This document shows positions 37,246 to 45,983 of a stretch of DNA of 56,303 nucleotides, in pieces; position 1 is the first letter of the stretch, and each line of letters opens with the position of its first letter. The DNA lies in assembly GCA_034435295.1 (NCBI GenBank), contig DAOTYD010000239.1:1-56303 (forward strand), in the 5' to 3' direction. Below the pieces are notes generated by a model. It did not search any database, was not told the DNA's origin, and saw only the letters and a program-made list of their open reading frames with translations. This stretch comes from Anaerolineae bacterium. Lineage in GTDB: Bacteria; Chloroflexota; Anaerolineae; B4-G1; DUEL01. The translations under genes and the position numbers were made by a program.

Positions 37246-39868
37246 GGTTCCCCTCCTCCTGTCCGATCTCGATGCCCTCGGCCTTCAACAGCCGGCGCAG
37301 CAGCGCCTCCTCGTCCTCCCTGGTCCTGACCTGGCCATTCAGCCGCGCGTCGCGCAGCGCGCCCAGGAGACGTCCGAACAGCGGCCCGGGTTTGAGCCCC
37401 AGCGCCTTCAGCTCATCGCCGCCCAGCAGCGGCTCGACGCGACGGTAGATGGTCTGGTAGCGCCAGAGCCTGGCCCGCGCGCCGCCGCGCTCGCTGGCCA
37501 GCCAGCCAACGGCCAGGATGCGCGGCGGGTAGGGTCGGAAGGCGTGATCGATGGCGCTGGCCTTGCGCACGAAAACGATCGAGCGCAAGATGCGGCGCAG
37601 TTCGGGCATCATCTCCAGGTCGTCCGCGTCGGCGCGGGGGATCTTGAGCCGCTCCAGCACCTCCTTCAACGGTTGAGGCTCGAGCCGGTAGAGCAGCAAC
37701 GCCAGATAGACCATGCGCCGGTCGGCTGGTTGCAGCCCCCAGACGGCCAGGTCGAGCTCGCCGCGCACGGCGCGAAAGCGCCCCGTCAGCCAGCGGTCGC
37801 AGCCCAGGGCGGGGTGAAGCTGGGCCAGCACCCCCAGTTCGTCCAGCCGGCAGATGGCCCGTTCCGGCTCCTTCTCGTCCAGAATCTGCTCCAGCTCGTG
37901 ACGGATGCGGTCGCCGCTCACCCGGCTGAGCATGGGCAGGGCGTTGGCGATCAGCCCTTCGCTGCGCGGGTCAAGGTGGAAGCCCAGCCGCGCTTCCAGG
38001 CGGGCGGCGCGGAGGATGCGCGTCGGGTCGTCGATAAAGCTGAGGCTGTGCAGGACGCGGATGATCTTGTTCTGCAGGTCCGCCTCGCCGCCGTAAAAGT
38101 CCAGCAGCTCGCCCCAGTGCGGGGGATCCAGGCGGATGGCCAGCGTGTTGATCGTAAAGTCGCGCCGGTGCAGGTCCTGCTTGATCGCGCTGCGTTCGAC
38201 GACGGGCAGGGCGGTTGGGTGGGTGTAGAACTCGGTGCGGGCCGTGGCAAAGTCGATCGAGCGCAGTTCCGGCTCGGGCGGCGGGGCACCGACTGCCTCC
38301 TGCCAGACTGTTGGGGCCAGCAACCATTTGGCCGTGCCAAAGCTGGCGTGGGCGACGACCCGCCCGCCGAAGCGTCCGGTCAGTCGCCGCGCCAGGTGGA
38401 TGGCGTCTCCTTCGACCACAATGTCGATGTCAAAGATCGGCGCGCCCAGGAGCAGGTCGCGCACCAGGCCGCCGACAAAGTAGAGGCTGTATTCCATCTC
38501 GTGGGCCACGTCGGCGATCTGGCGCACCAGGGCCAGCGTCTGTGGCGGCAGGGCGCGTTCGAGCTGGGCGTCGACGCGCCGCCGCTGCGGCTGGCCGGAC
38601 GGCATCCCCCAGTGGTTGATCAGATCGGTGCGGGTGACCACGCCGACGATCTTGCCGTCCTGGACGACGGGGACCTGACCCCAGCCGGTGTTCATCATGA
38701 TCTGCTGGAGCTTTTCGATCGGATCGCCAGGGGCGACGGTGACGTTGCCCGGCTGCATCATCTCCCCGACCAGGGCGTCATCCATCTTGTAGCGCAGGGC
38801 GCGGTCAACCTGGCGGCGGGTGAGCAGGCCCAGCACCTGCGCGCCTTCCACCACCGGATAGCCCTCGTGGCCCGTGCGGCGCATGCGCTCGTCGGCCTCG
38901 GCAATGGTAGTGACTGGCGTCAGGCTCTGCACGCCGCGCGACATGATCTGGGCCACCGTATCTGCCGGGCGGATGGCGCGGGGCAGCAGGTCGACCAGTT
39001 CTTGATAGACCGCTTGCAGTGGACGGTTGCGGATCAGCGCCGCCGCCGCGCGGGAGTGGCCGCCGCCGCCAAAATGAGCGGCAATGTCCGAGACGTCGAT
39101 GCGCGCGGTGGTCGAGCGGGCCACCATCTGGACATTGTCCTTCACCGCGACCAGGACGAACAGCGCCGCCGGCTCGAGCAGATCGCGCAGGCGGTGCGCC
39201 AGGGTCGAAATCTCCTCGTCGTAATTGTCCGTCTCGCCGCGGGCGATGATGACCGTATGACCTCCCACCTCGTGGGTGGCGAGCCCTTCGAGCAGCCGTT
39301 CGTACAGCTCATGCTGCCCCTGGGAAAGGGGATGGTGGATGTAACGGTCGACCACGCTCAGGTCGGCGCCGCGCTCGATCAGCCAGGCCGCAGCGCGCGC
39401 GTCGCGGGCGGTGGTCGAGTCGTAGGAGAGGTTGCCGGTGTCCTCGTAGATGCCCAGCAGCAGCAGCGTCGCCTCGATCGGTTCGATTTCCAGGCCGCGT
39501 TCGGCGATCTGTTCCACCAGCAGCGTCGTCGTCGCGCCCATCGGCTCACCGGCAAAGGTCCAGCCGGCGGGGAGCTTGCGATCGAGTTCGTGGTGGTCGA
39601 TGACGTGGACCTGGGTCCAGCGGCCGATACCTTTGACCGTGGTCAATCCCTGCGTGTCTACCAGGAGAGCACGGTGAACGCGCTGGCGGGACAGCTCATC
39701 GGCGGGGACGAGGGGAGGCTTGAGCTGGTAGAGATCGATCAGGTCGCGGCAGTTGCGGTTGACGCGGCGCGGCAGGACAGGGACAGCCTGGGGGAACAGC
39801 CTGTGGGCCGCCCACAGCGAGGCGACGGCGTCGAAATCGGCGTTCTCGTGAGTCAGAATGACCTCCAC
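37229..39868 (-). CDS. DHH/DHHA1 + CBS pair + tRNA nucleotidyltransferase/poly(A) polymerase-family fusion protein (CCA-adding-like)
   Basis: N-terminal THENADFDAVAS (DHH). GGGHSRAAAA (DHHA1). CBS pair. YFVGGLVRDLLLG..DIDIVVEGDA head domain. GTG start. Confidence 0.85.
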   Translation of the reverse strand: MEVILTHENADFDAVASLWAAHRLFPQAVPVLPRRVNRNCRDLIDLYQLKPPLVPADELSRQRVHRALLVDTQGLTTVKGIGRWTQVHVIDHHELDRKLPAGWTFAGEPMGATTTLLVEQIAERGLEIEPIEATLLLLGIYEDTGNLSYDSTTARDARAAAWLIERGADLSVVDRYIHHPLSQGQHELYERLLEGLATHEVGGHTVIIARGETDNYDEEISTLAHRLRDLLEPAALFVLVAVKDNVQMVARSTTARIDVSDIAAHFGGGGHSRAAAALIRNRPLQAVYQELVDLLPRAIRPADTVAQIMSRGVQSLTPVTTIAEADERMRRTGHEGYPVVEGAQVLGLLTRRQVDRALRYKMDDALVGEMMQPGNVTVAPGDPIEKLQQIMMNTGWGQVPVVQDGKIVGVVTRTDLINHWGMPSGQPQRRRVDAQLERALPPQTLALVRQIADVAHEMEYSLYFVGGLVRDLLLGAPIFDIDIVVEGDAIHLARRLTGRFGGRVVAHASFGTAKWLLAPTVWQEAVGAPPPEPELRSIDFATARTEFYTHPTALPVVERSAIKQDLHRRDFTINTLAIRLDPPHWGELLDFYGGEADLQNKIIRVLHSLSFIDDPTRILRAARLEARLGFHLDPRSEGLIANALPMLSRVSGDRIRHELEQILDEKEPERAICRLDELGVLAQLHPALGCDRWLTGRFRAVRGELDLAVWGLQPADRRMVYLALLLYRLEPQPLKEVLERLKIPRADADDLEMMPELRRILRSIVFVRKASAIDHAFRPYPPRILAVGWLASERGGARARLWRYQTIYRRVEPLLGGDELKALGLKPGPLFGRLLGALRDARLNGQVRTREDEEALLRRLLKAEGIEIGQEEGNRARSD

Positions 39869-40031
39869 CTGTTTCCTCCACGCCTATTATAACACGATAC
39901 GAATTTCGTGACGAAAGGTGACGCTTATCTGCTACGGTACCTTCGATGCAGGCTGTGCTCTTGCCCAACAGCGCCAAGGTCTCTGCCTTGTTGCCCCAGA
40001 CAACGCGCAATTTTCGGGCGATCTGAAAAGA

Positions 40032-40066
40032 GACCTCCGGGGTCAAGGCCCCGGAGGTCCTTTTTG
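40032..40066. terminator. Bidirectional intrinsic terminator-like hairpin in a 385-nt spacer
   Basis: Perfect 11-bp stem gacctccgggg/ccccggaggtc with a 6-nt loop. ctttttgtg follows on the plus strand and tcttttcag on the minus strand. Confidence 0.55.
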
Positions 40067-40148
40067 TGAGGAACCCGCCGGATAACAAGCTGGTGGAAAT
40101 GGCAGCGCCTGGCCAGGTGCAGGGGGCGACCCGTTGGGTTGCCACGTA

Positions 40149-40254
40149 GGGGCGAGGCGGTGCCTCGCCCGTGCAACGGGCAAGGCACCGGCTCGCCCTA
40201 CAACGGGCGAGGCGCCGGCTCACCCGTGCAACGGGCGAGCCACCGGCTCGCCCC
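40149..40254. repeat. Four tandem ~28-nt hairpin units (GGGCGAGSC-NNN-GSCTCGCCC)
   Basis: Units start at about 40149, 40178, 40205 and 40233. The first and last stems are perfect 9-bp inverted repeats. The last unit overlaps the stop codon at 40254-56. Confidence 0.75.
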
Positions 40255-40802
40255 TACCCCTCGAAAAACGGCAACTGCTCGCTATCCCACCACGTCTGGT
40301 TGCTGTCCAGATAATCGATCGTGTTCTGCAGCAGCCGGTAGTGCGCTTCTTCCTGCTCAACCAGGAACTGATAGGCGGCGCGGGCGTGGGGGTCGTCCGC
40401 CGCCTGAGCGCCCTGGAAGTAGAGCGCCCGCGAGAGCTCTTCCGTCTCCAGTCCGTAACGCAACGCGGCGATGTCGCCCTCCAGCGAGATCTCGCGCTCC
40501 GGCGTAAAGACCGGCGCCACCTCCGGCGGCTCGTCGCCTGGCAGAGCGGGGTTGGCCGGATCGAAGGCCAGCGGCTGGGCCATGGCCTGCTCATAGGGCA
40601 GCCAGCCGCGCCCATCCTCCAACGCGCCGTACTCGACCAGCAAGAGATGCAGGTGGTCGGCCTCCTGGCGGGCCAGGTCAAGGAACATGGCCCTGCCGCG
40701 CGGGTCCGAGGCACGCCCGGCGACCTCCATATAGAAACGGTAGCCGTCCCGCTCCAGGCTCATGCCACGCCGCAGGATGCCCTGGGGAGTGCTCCAGTCC
40801 AT
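40254..40802 (-). CDS. Ferritin-like (rubrerythrin diiron-domain) protein
   Basis: LERDGYRFYMEVA...ARQEADHLHLL and a second half ETEELSRALY...LVEQEEAHYRLL (ExxH pairs). Confidence 0.7.
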   Translation of the reverse strand: MDWSTPQGILRRGMSLERDGYRFYMEVAGRASDPRGRAMFLDLARQEADHLHLLLVEYGALEDGRGWLPYEQAMAQPLAFDPANPALPGDEPPEVAPVFTPEREISLEGDIAALRYGLETEELSRALYFQGAQAADDPHARAAYQFLVEQEEAHYRLLQNTIDYLDSNQTWWDSEQLPFFEG

Positions 40803-40817
40803 CTCGTCGTCTCCTTT

Positions 40818-41339
40818 TCACACCGATTCGAGCGTAAACTCGCGCACGTCAAACCAGAAACCGGTCTGGGTCATATAGTCGTACTCGCCCTGGAGGATGG
40901 TGCGATGGCTCCGCTCCTGCTCGACCAGGTAGGCGTACATGGCTCTGGCGTCGGCGTCCTGGGTCGCTTCCATCTGGCGGCTGTAAAAGTCGATCGACTC
41001 TTCCTCGGCGCGGATGCCGCGCTGCAGCGCCGCCAGTTCGCGCTGCGGCAGCTCCAGCGGCTGCCCGCCCTTGACCGGCGGAAAGACCGGCAGCCGACGG
41101 GAGGGGTTGAGCGCCGCGACCTGCTCCGGCGTCGGCCAGCCCTTTTCTTCCAGCAGCGACGCCTTGACCGACTCGAAGAGGCGCAGGTGCGCCGCCTCGT
41201 CGCGGGCCAGCGTCTCGAACATGCGCCGCCCGGCGGCGTCGTCGGTCTGGCGCGCCGCCTGGCTGTAAAAGGCCAGCCCGTCCTTCTCGATCTGAATGGC
41301 TGTCTCGATAGCCTGCAAAGCCTGATCGATTGTTGTCAT
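40818..41339 (-). CDS. Ferritin-like (rubrerythrin diiron-domain) protein
   Basis: IEKDGLAFYSQAA...ARDEAAHLRLF...AEEESIDFY...LVEQERSHRTIL. Confidence 0.75.
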   Translation of the reverse strand: MTTIDQALQAIETAIQIEKDGLAFYSQAARQTDDAAGRRMFETLARDEAAHLRLFESVKASLLEEKGWPTPEQVAALNPSRRLPVFPPVKGGQPLELPQRELAALQRGIRAEEESIDFYSRQMEATQDADARAMYAYLVEQERSHRTILQGEYDYMTQTGFWFDVREFTLESV

Positions 41340-41359
41340 TTTACCTCTTTCGTAACAGC

Positions 41360-41399
41360 CTATTCTCCCGCAGGTTTGTTCTAACCTGCGGGAGGGTAG
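41360..41399. repeat. Hairpin of the CTAyyCTCCCGCAGGTT / AACCTGCGGGAGGGTAG family
   Basis: 17-nt arms (41360-76 and 41383-99) with a 6-nt loop, between the FTR-like stop and the ferritin-like start. Arms match the 3634/3716 pair. Confidence 0.75.
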
Positions 41400-41408
41400 C
41401 TGAAAAGC

Positions 41409-41915
41409 TCACCAAAAACGCTCAAAGCGCTCCCGTTTGGCCTTGCAGATGGGACAGACGCCGGGCGGGTTTTCGCGGGCGCAGAGGTAGCCGCAGACGC
41501 GGCAGCGCCAGACGGGCAGGGCAGCAGGGGCCGGTCCGCCGGCCGGCTGCGCAGGGCGGTTCTGCGGGCGCTGCGCCGGGTCGGGCGAGCGGCGCTCAGG
41601 GATAGGCTGCAAGGGCTGCTCGCCGCGCAGCACCTGGTCGGAGACGTAGAGGGCGCAGTAACAGGCGCCCCACTCGGCCAGGTCAGCGTCGCGATAGTCA
41701 CATGGGCAGATAATGTCCAGGTCGGCCTGTTTGTCGCCTGCCGCCAGGCGACAGGGACAGGCCCAGTAGCCATAGCGCTGCTCGTTGACCAGGAGGCTAT
41801 GCACCAGTTCGCGGGTAAACTCGCGGTCAGGGTTGAGGTGATAGCCCGCCGCTTCGGCCTCCTGAGTCAGCCGCTCGTAGAGCGCGTCGACCTGTTCTTC
41901 GGAGACGGTGCTCAT
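41409..41915 (-). CDS. Ferredoxin:thioredoxin-reductase catalytic-subunit-like protein fused to a C-terminal rubredoxin-type domain
   Basis: WACPCR-X14-CPCDY-X12-CYC (FTRc-like CPC...CPC...C[H/Y]C). Pro-rich linker. WRCRVCGY...[11 protein letters not shown]. Confidence 0.8.
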   Translation of the reverse strand: MSTVSEEQVDALYERLTQEAEAAGYHLNPDREFTRELVHSLLVNEQRYGYWACPCRLAAGDKQADLDIICPCDYRDADLAEWGACYCALYVSDQVLRGEQPLQPIPERRSPDPAQRPQNRPAQPAGGPAPAALPVWRCRVCGYLCARENPPGVCPICKAKRERFERFW

Positions 41916-42205
41916 CTTCCCAGCGCCTCCCTGATCTCTTCCGGGCGAAAGCCGACGATGGCGCGACGGTTGTCCAGGACCAGGGTGGGGAAAGAGACGG
42001 AGGGGTTCCATCGGCGCACCTGCTCGACCACCGCTTCGCGCTCCTGGCCCTGCAGGAGATCGACGTAGAAGAAATCGAACGTCACGCCCAGCTCCTCGAG
42101 AAGCTGACGCGTCCGCCTGCACCAGACGCAGGTCGAAAGGCCATAGAAGGTGATTTGTGGTCCGGGGCGCGCCCCCTGGACGCTGCCGCTGGCTATGGTC
42201 ATCAT
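41912..42205 (-). CDS. Glutaredoxin/NrdH-like thioredoxin-fold protein (CVWC)
   Basis: [24 protein letters not shown]...[12 protein letters not shown] overlap with the FTR-like gene. Confidence 0.75.
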   Translation of the reverse strand: MMTIASGSVQGARPGPQITFYGLSTCVWCRRTRQLLEELGVTFDFFYVDLLQGQEREAVVEQVRRWNPSVSFPTLVLDNRRAIVGFRPEEIREALGR

Positions 42206-42210
42206 CCCCT

Positions 42211-42393
42211 CTACCTCTTCTGGCCGATCTGCGGGTCGATCTGGCCCGGGCCGCCGCAGTCGGGGGTGTAGCAGGTCGCGTCGATAAAGACACACTTTTT
42301 CTGACAGCCCGGGCAGACCTCGGGCGGCGTCGCTGCCTGCAGGGTGTAGCCACACTCGGAACACTTCCACCAGTTTTGAGCTTCTTGATCCAT
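42211..42393 (-). CDS. Cys-rich zinc-ribbon/rubredoxin-like small protein
   Basis: 60 aa with WKCSECGY...CPGCQKKC...CYTPDC (7 Cys). Tightly packed between the dsrE-like and grx-like genes. Confidence 0.55.
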   Translation of the reverse strand: MDQEAQNWWKCSECGYTLQAATPPEVCPGCQKKCVFIDATCYTPDCGGPGQIDPQIGQKR

Positions 42394-42404
42394 GATTCCC
42401 TCCG

Positions 42405-42833
<429 letters not shown>

Positions 42834-42879
42834 TTTGCCCTCCTTGCAGGCCTTTTTTCCCCTCTTGCCATTCCTGCCA

Positions 42880-42911
42880 GTGCTGGCGGGTCACAGACCC
42901 GCCAGGAGCGA
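42880..42911. repeat. REP-like element GTGCTGGCGGGTCACAGACCCGCCAGGAGCGA
   Basis: Hairpin ggcgggt-cacag-acccgcc. A near-identical copy lies at 45332-45363. The core, with an inverted loop, also occurs at 32361, 32408 and 45302. Confidence 0.7.
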
Positions 42912-42996
42912 AAAAACTCCGTGTACCTCCGCGCTCGTCCGCATCCCCTTTTCTGCGCTCTCAGCGCACCGGTCTGAAGGGGATAAGGGCAGATGT

Positions 42997-43260
42997 CTAC
43001 CGCTGAATGCGAATGATCCAGCGGTCCTCTTCTTCTTCGATGCTCAGCACCTGGAGACCCAGAGCTTTGGCGGCCATCGGAATCTCCTCTTTCGAGGCAG
43101 GGTGAGTGCCCACCACCGTCACAATATCGCCCGGCGCGGCGCGGCGCAACGCCTTGCGCGTCTCCACCAGCGGCACCGGACAGGTCTGGCCACAGACGTC
43201 GATCCTGATCTCGACGCCAGGGCAGACAGGCCTGCTCACGTCAACTGTGATCTCTGGCAT
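42997..43260 (-). CDS. tusA: TusA/SirA-family sulfurtransferase
   Basis: DVCGQTCPVPLVETRKAL (CPxP motif). Start trimmed to MPEITV. Confidence 0.8.
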   Translation of the reverse strand: MPEITVDVSRPVCPGVEIRIDVCGQTCPVPLVETRKALRRAAPGDIVTVVGTHPASKEEIPMAAKALGLQVLSIEEEEDRWIIRIQR

Positions 43261-43271
43261 CTTTCCCCCTC

Positions 43272-43907
43272 TCAACCGGCAAACTCGACCACGACCTCTT
43301 TGACATCCCAGCGCGAGCCGATCTTTTCGACAATCTCCTCGCGGATGTTGTTGGCGAACTGGTGATCAGGCGGCAGGTCCATCACGACACGCACGACGCC
43401 GTCGGCAATCTCGATCTCCTTGACCAGTTTGGTGCGCACCACGTCCAGGCCGACAACGGGGTTCATGACGTGCTTGAGCCGCCTGCGCACGACTTCCTCG
43501 GTGGTCGGTGTGCGTTCTTTGACCAGGCCATGGCGCTCCTCGTAATTCTCGATCGCCGCGCGCAGGCCGTCCACTGCCAGCACCGAGCAGTGGGTCTTGA
43601 GCGCGGGCAGTCCGCCCAGCGCCTCCGCCGCCTGCTGCCAGGTGATCTCTTTGGCCTCGGCCAGCGTCTTGCCCTTGGCCAGCTCGGTGATGATCGAACC
43701 GGTGGCGATGTTGGACGCACAGCCGTAGGACTCGAACTTGATGTCGGTGATGCGCTGGGTCGCCTCGTCCACCTTGAGATAGACGGCAACCATGTCGCCG
43801 CAGGCGGGGCTTCCCTCCACCGATTTGGCATCCGCATCCTCGATCCGCCCCACGTTGCGCGGGTTGCGGAAGTGTTCCATCACGATCTCACTGTATGGCA
43901 ATGGCAT
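43272..43907 (-). CDS. IscU/NifU-N Fe-S scaffold fused to a DUF59-like C-terminal domain
   Basis: HFRNPRNVG...GSPACGDMV...ESYGCASNIA...THCSVLA, then a VMNPVVGLDVVRTKLVKEIEI... DUF59-like region lacking the usual Cys. Confidence 0.85.
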   Translation of the reverse strand: MPLPYSEIVMEHFRNPRNVGRIEDADAKSVEGSPACGDMVAVYLKVDEATQRITDIKFESYGCASNIATGSIITELAKGKTLAEAKEITWQQAAEALGGLPALKTHCSVLAVDGLRAAIENYEERHGLVKERTPTTEEVVRRRLKHVMNPVVGLDVVRTKLVKEIEIADGVVRVVMDLPPDHQFANNIREEIVEKIGSRWDVKEVVVEFAG

Positions 43908-43923
43908 AGTGTCCTCCTTACTC

Positions 43924-44035
43924 GCGTATCGCGTATCGCTTATCGCTTATCGCGTATCGCTTATCGCCTGATGTGATATGCGATTAGCGATATGCAATAA
44001 GCGATTAGCGATCAGCGATCAGCGATCAGCGATAG
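43924..44035. repeat. Inverted pair of heptamer arrays: (GCGTATC/GCTTATC)x6, spacer, (GCGATNA)x8
   Basis: Left array 43924-43967 and right array 43980-44035, in opposite orientation. The right array contains the last 5 codons and the stop of nifS. Confidence 0.8.
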
Positions 44036-45203
44036 ACGATTCTTTCCCCAGCGGGCTGATGCGCCGCAGTTGGGCAACCACTTCGGCCACGGCGTCAGCC
44101 ACGGCGTCGACGTCCCCTTCCTCGTTGAAGCGGCCAAAGGTAAAGCGCACCGAGCCATGCGCGCGCTCGTGGTTGCCGCCAATGCCCAGGATGACATGGC
44201 TGGCCTCCAGCGAGCGGCTGAAGCAGGCCGAGCCGGTGCTGACGGCAAAGCCGCGCATGTCCAGGTGCAGCAGCAGCGACTCGCCCTCGACAAAACGGAA
44301 AGAGACGTTGACATTGTGCGGCAGGCGCAGCGTGCGGTGCCCGTTGACGCGGCTGTGCGGAATCTGCAACAGCCGCTCGAACAGCCGGTCGCGCATGGCC
44401 TGCAGGCGGGCGGTCTCCTCCGGCGTGACCAGCTCCACAGCGCGGGCAAAGCCCACGGCGCTGGGGATGTCCTCCACACCGGCGCGCAGGTCGAACTCTT
44501 GAAAGCCGCCGTCCATCCACTTGCGGATGGGCGTGCCGCTGCGCACATAGAGGCCACCAATGCCCTTGGGGCCGTGGATCGTGTGCGCGGCAACGGTCAC
44601 CAGATCGACCGGCACCTGGCGCACGTCCAGCGGCAGGCGCGGGAAGCTGTGGGTGGCGTCCGTGTGGAAGAGCACACCCCTTTCGCGGCAGATCGCGGCG
44701 ATGGCCGCCAGGTCCTGCAACGTGCCGATCTCCTGGTTGGCCGCCTGGATCGAGACCAGGATCGTCTCGTCGGTGATCGAGTCGCGCAGATGGTCCAGGT
44801 CGATCCGCCCGTCCTCATCAACAGCCACGCGGGTCACCCGAAAGCCCTGCCGTTCCAGAGCGCGGGCGCTGTGCAGGACAGGGAAATCTTCGATCGGGCT
44901 GATGATCAGATGGCGGCCCTTTTTCTCACCCAGAGCCAGGGCGACACCTTTGAGCGCCATGTTGCTGGACTCGGTGCTGCCAGAGGTAAAGATGAACTCT
45001 TCCTGGTTGGCTCCCAGCGCAGAGGCGATGCGGGCGCGGGCGTCATCCAGCGCGTCGCGGGCATCGATGCCCAGCGAATAGCCAAACTGGGACGTAGCCA
45101 CGGCATAGACGTCGAAAAAGTAGGGCTTCATCGCCTCCAGCACGCGCTCGTCCAGCCGCGTCGCCGCCGCATTGTCGAGATAGACGATCTTTTCGAAGAA
45201 CAC
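44019..45203 (-). CDS. nifS: Cysteine desulfurase (NifS/IscS class)
   Basis: YLDNAAAT, ANQEIGT, HTDA, SAHTIHGPKGIGGLY-like and SGSACFS. GTG start, with GGAGG upstream. Confidence 0.9.
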   Translation of the reverse strand: MFFEKIVYLDNAAATRLDERVLEAMKPYFFDVYAVATSQFGYSLGIDARDALDDARARIASALGANQEEFIFTSGSTESSNMALKGVALALGEKKGRHLIISPIEDFPVLHSARALERQGFRVTRVAVDEDGRIDLDHLRDSITDETILVSIQAANQEIGTLQDLAAIAAICRERGVLFHTDATHSFPRLPLDVRQVPVDLVTVAAHTIHGPKGIGGLYVRSGTPIRKWMDGGFQEFDLRAGVEDIPSAVGFARAVELVTPEETARLQAMRDRLFERLLQIPHSRVNGHRTLRLPHNVNVSFRFVEGESLLLHLDMRGFAVSTGSACFSRSLEASHVILGIGGNHERAHGSVRFTFGRFNEEGDVDAVADAVAEVVAQLRRISPLGKESSIADR

Positions 45204-45236
45204 GGAAACAGCCTCCGCTCGTCGATTCTGGCAATT

Positions 45237-45265
45237 ATTGTATCACGCCACAGGAATAAAGTCAA
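45237..45265 (-). promoter_or_regulatory. Sigma70 promoter of the nifS-iscU-tusA unit
   Basis: On the minus strand, TTGACT (45265-45260), a 17-nt spacer, then TACAAT (45242-45237). Confidence 0.5.
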
Positions 45266-45301
45266 TGGATTTCTATTATATCTTTGTTAGACCTTTGTTC
45301 C

Positions 45302-45418
45302 GGCGGGGTCTGTGACCCCGCCGTCCGGTCCGTGCTGGTCGGTCACAAACCCGCCAGGAGCGAGGCCCCCTCCCCGGCAGCTTCGCCGTTGTCCTCTCCC
45401 CGCAAGCGGGGAGAGGAC
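45302..45418. repeat. Cluster of three REP-like hairpins
   Basis: ggcggggtctgtgaccccgcc (45302-22). gtgctggtcggtcacaaacccgccaggagcga (45332-63). Perfect 13-bp stem gtcctctccccgc-aa-gcggggagaggac (45391-418). Confidence 0.75.
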
Positions 45419-45475
45419 AATCCGCCGTAGGGGAATGGGGCGAAGATACAGCGCAGCGGCAGAGACGTGCGCCGC

Positions 45476-45970
45476 CTAGAGCGTCGCTTCTCCGCCGCGC
45501 AGCAGTTTGGCCAGGCGCGTGGCGTGGCCCTTCTCCTCGCGGATGATCTCGTCCACCGCGCCGCGCTCCGATTCGGGCATCATCTCGCGGAGGTCGTAGT
45601 AAAAGAGCAGCGAGTCCTTCTCCAGCCCCAGCGCCATACGCAGCGCCTGCTCGGTGCTCTCCACCTGATCGGCTACCGCCACGGCCTTGTCCGGACCGTA
45701 GAACATGGCGTTGCCCAACGCCGCCTGGATGTAGAGCTCATACTCCTCCCAGTACGGCCCGCTCAGGAGCGGCGGCTCGGCGAGCTTGAGCCGGTCAGCC
45801 AGCTTCTGGAACGTCTCATAGTGGCGCTGTTCCCACTGGGCCAGGGTCAAGAGCAGCTCTCTCACCTCGACATGGTTGATCTTGCGCGCGGCGGCCTCGT
45901 AAAAGGCCTGGCCGTTGCGCTCCAGGCGCATGGCAATGTCCAGCGCCTCAGAAGCGGTAAATCCTGCCAT
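45476..45970 (-). CDS. Ferritin-like (rubrerythrin diiron-domain only) protein
   Basis: MRLERNGQAFYEAA...AQWEQRHYETF...LGLEKDSLLFY...IREEKGHATRL. Confidence 0.7.
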   Translation of the reverse strand: MAGFTASEALDIAMRLERNGQAFYEAAARKINHVEVRELLLTLAQWEQRHYETFQKLADRLKLAEPPLLSGPYWEEYELYIQAALGNAMFYGPDKAVAVADQVESTEQALRMALGLEKDSLLFYYDLREMMPESERGAVDEIIREEKGHATRLAKLLRGGEATL

Positions 45971-45983
45971 CGTTCAACTCCTC

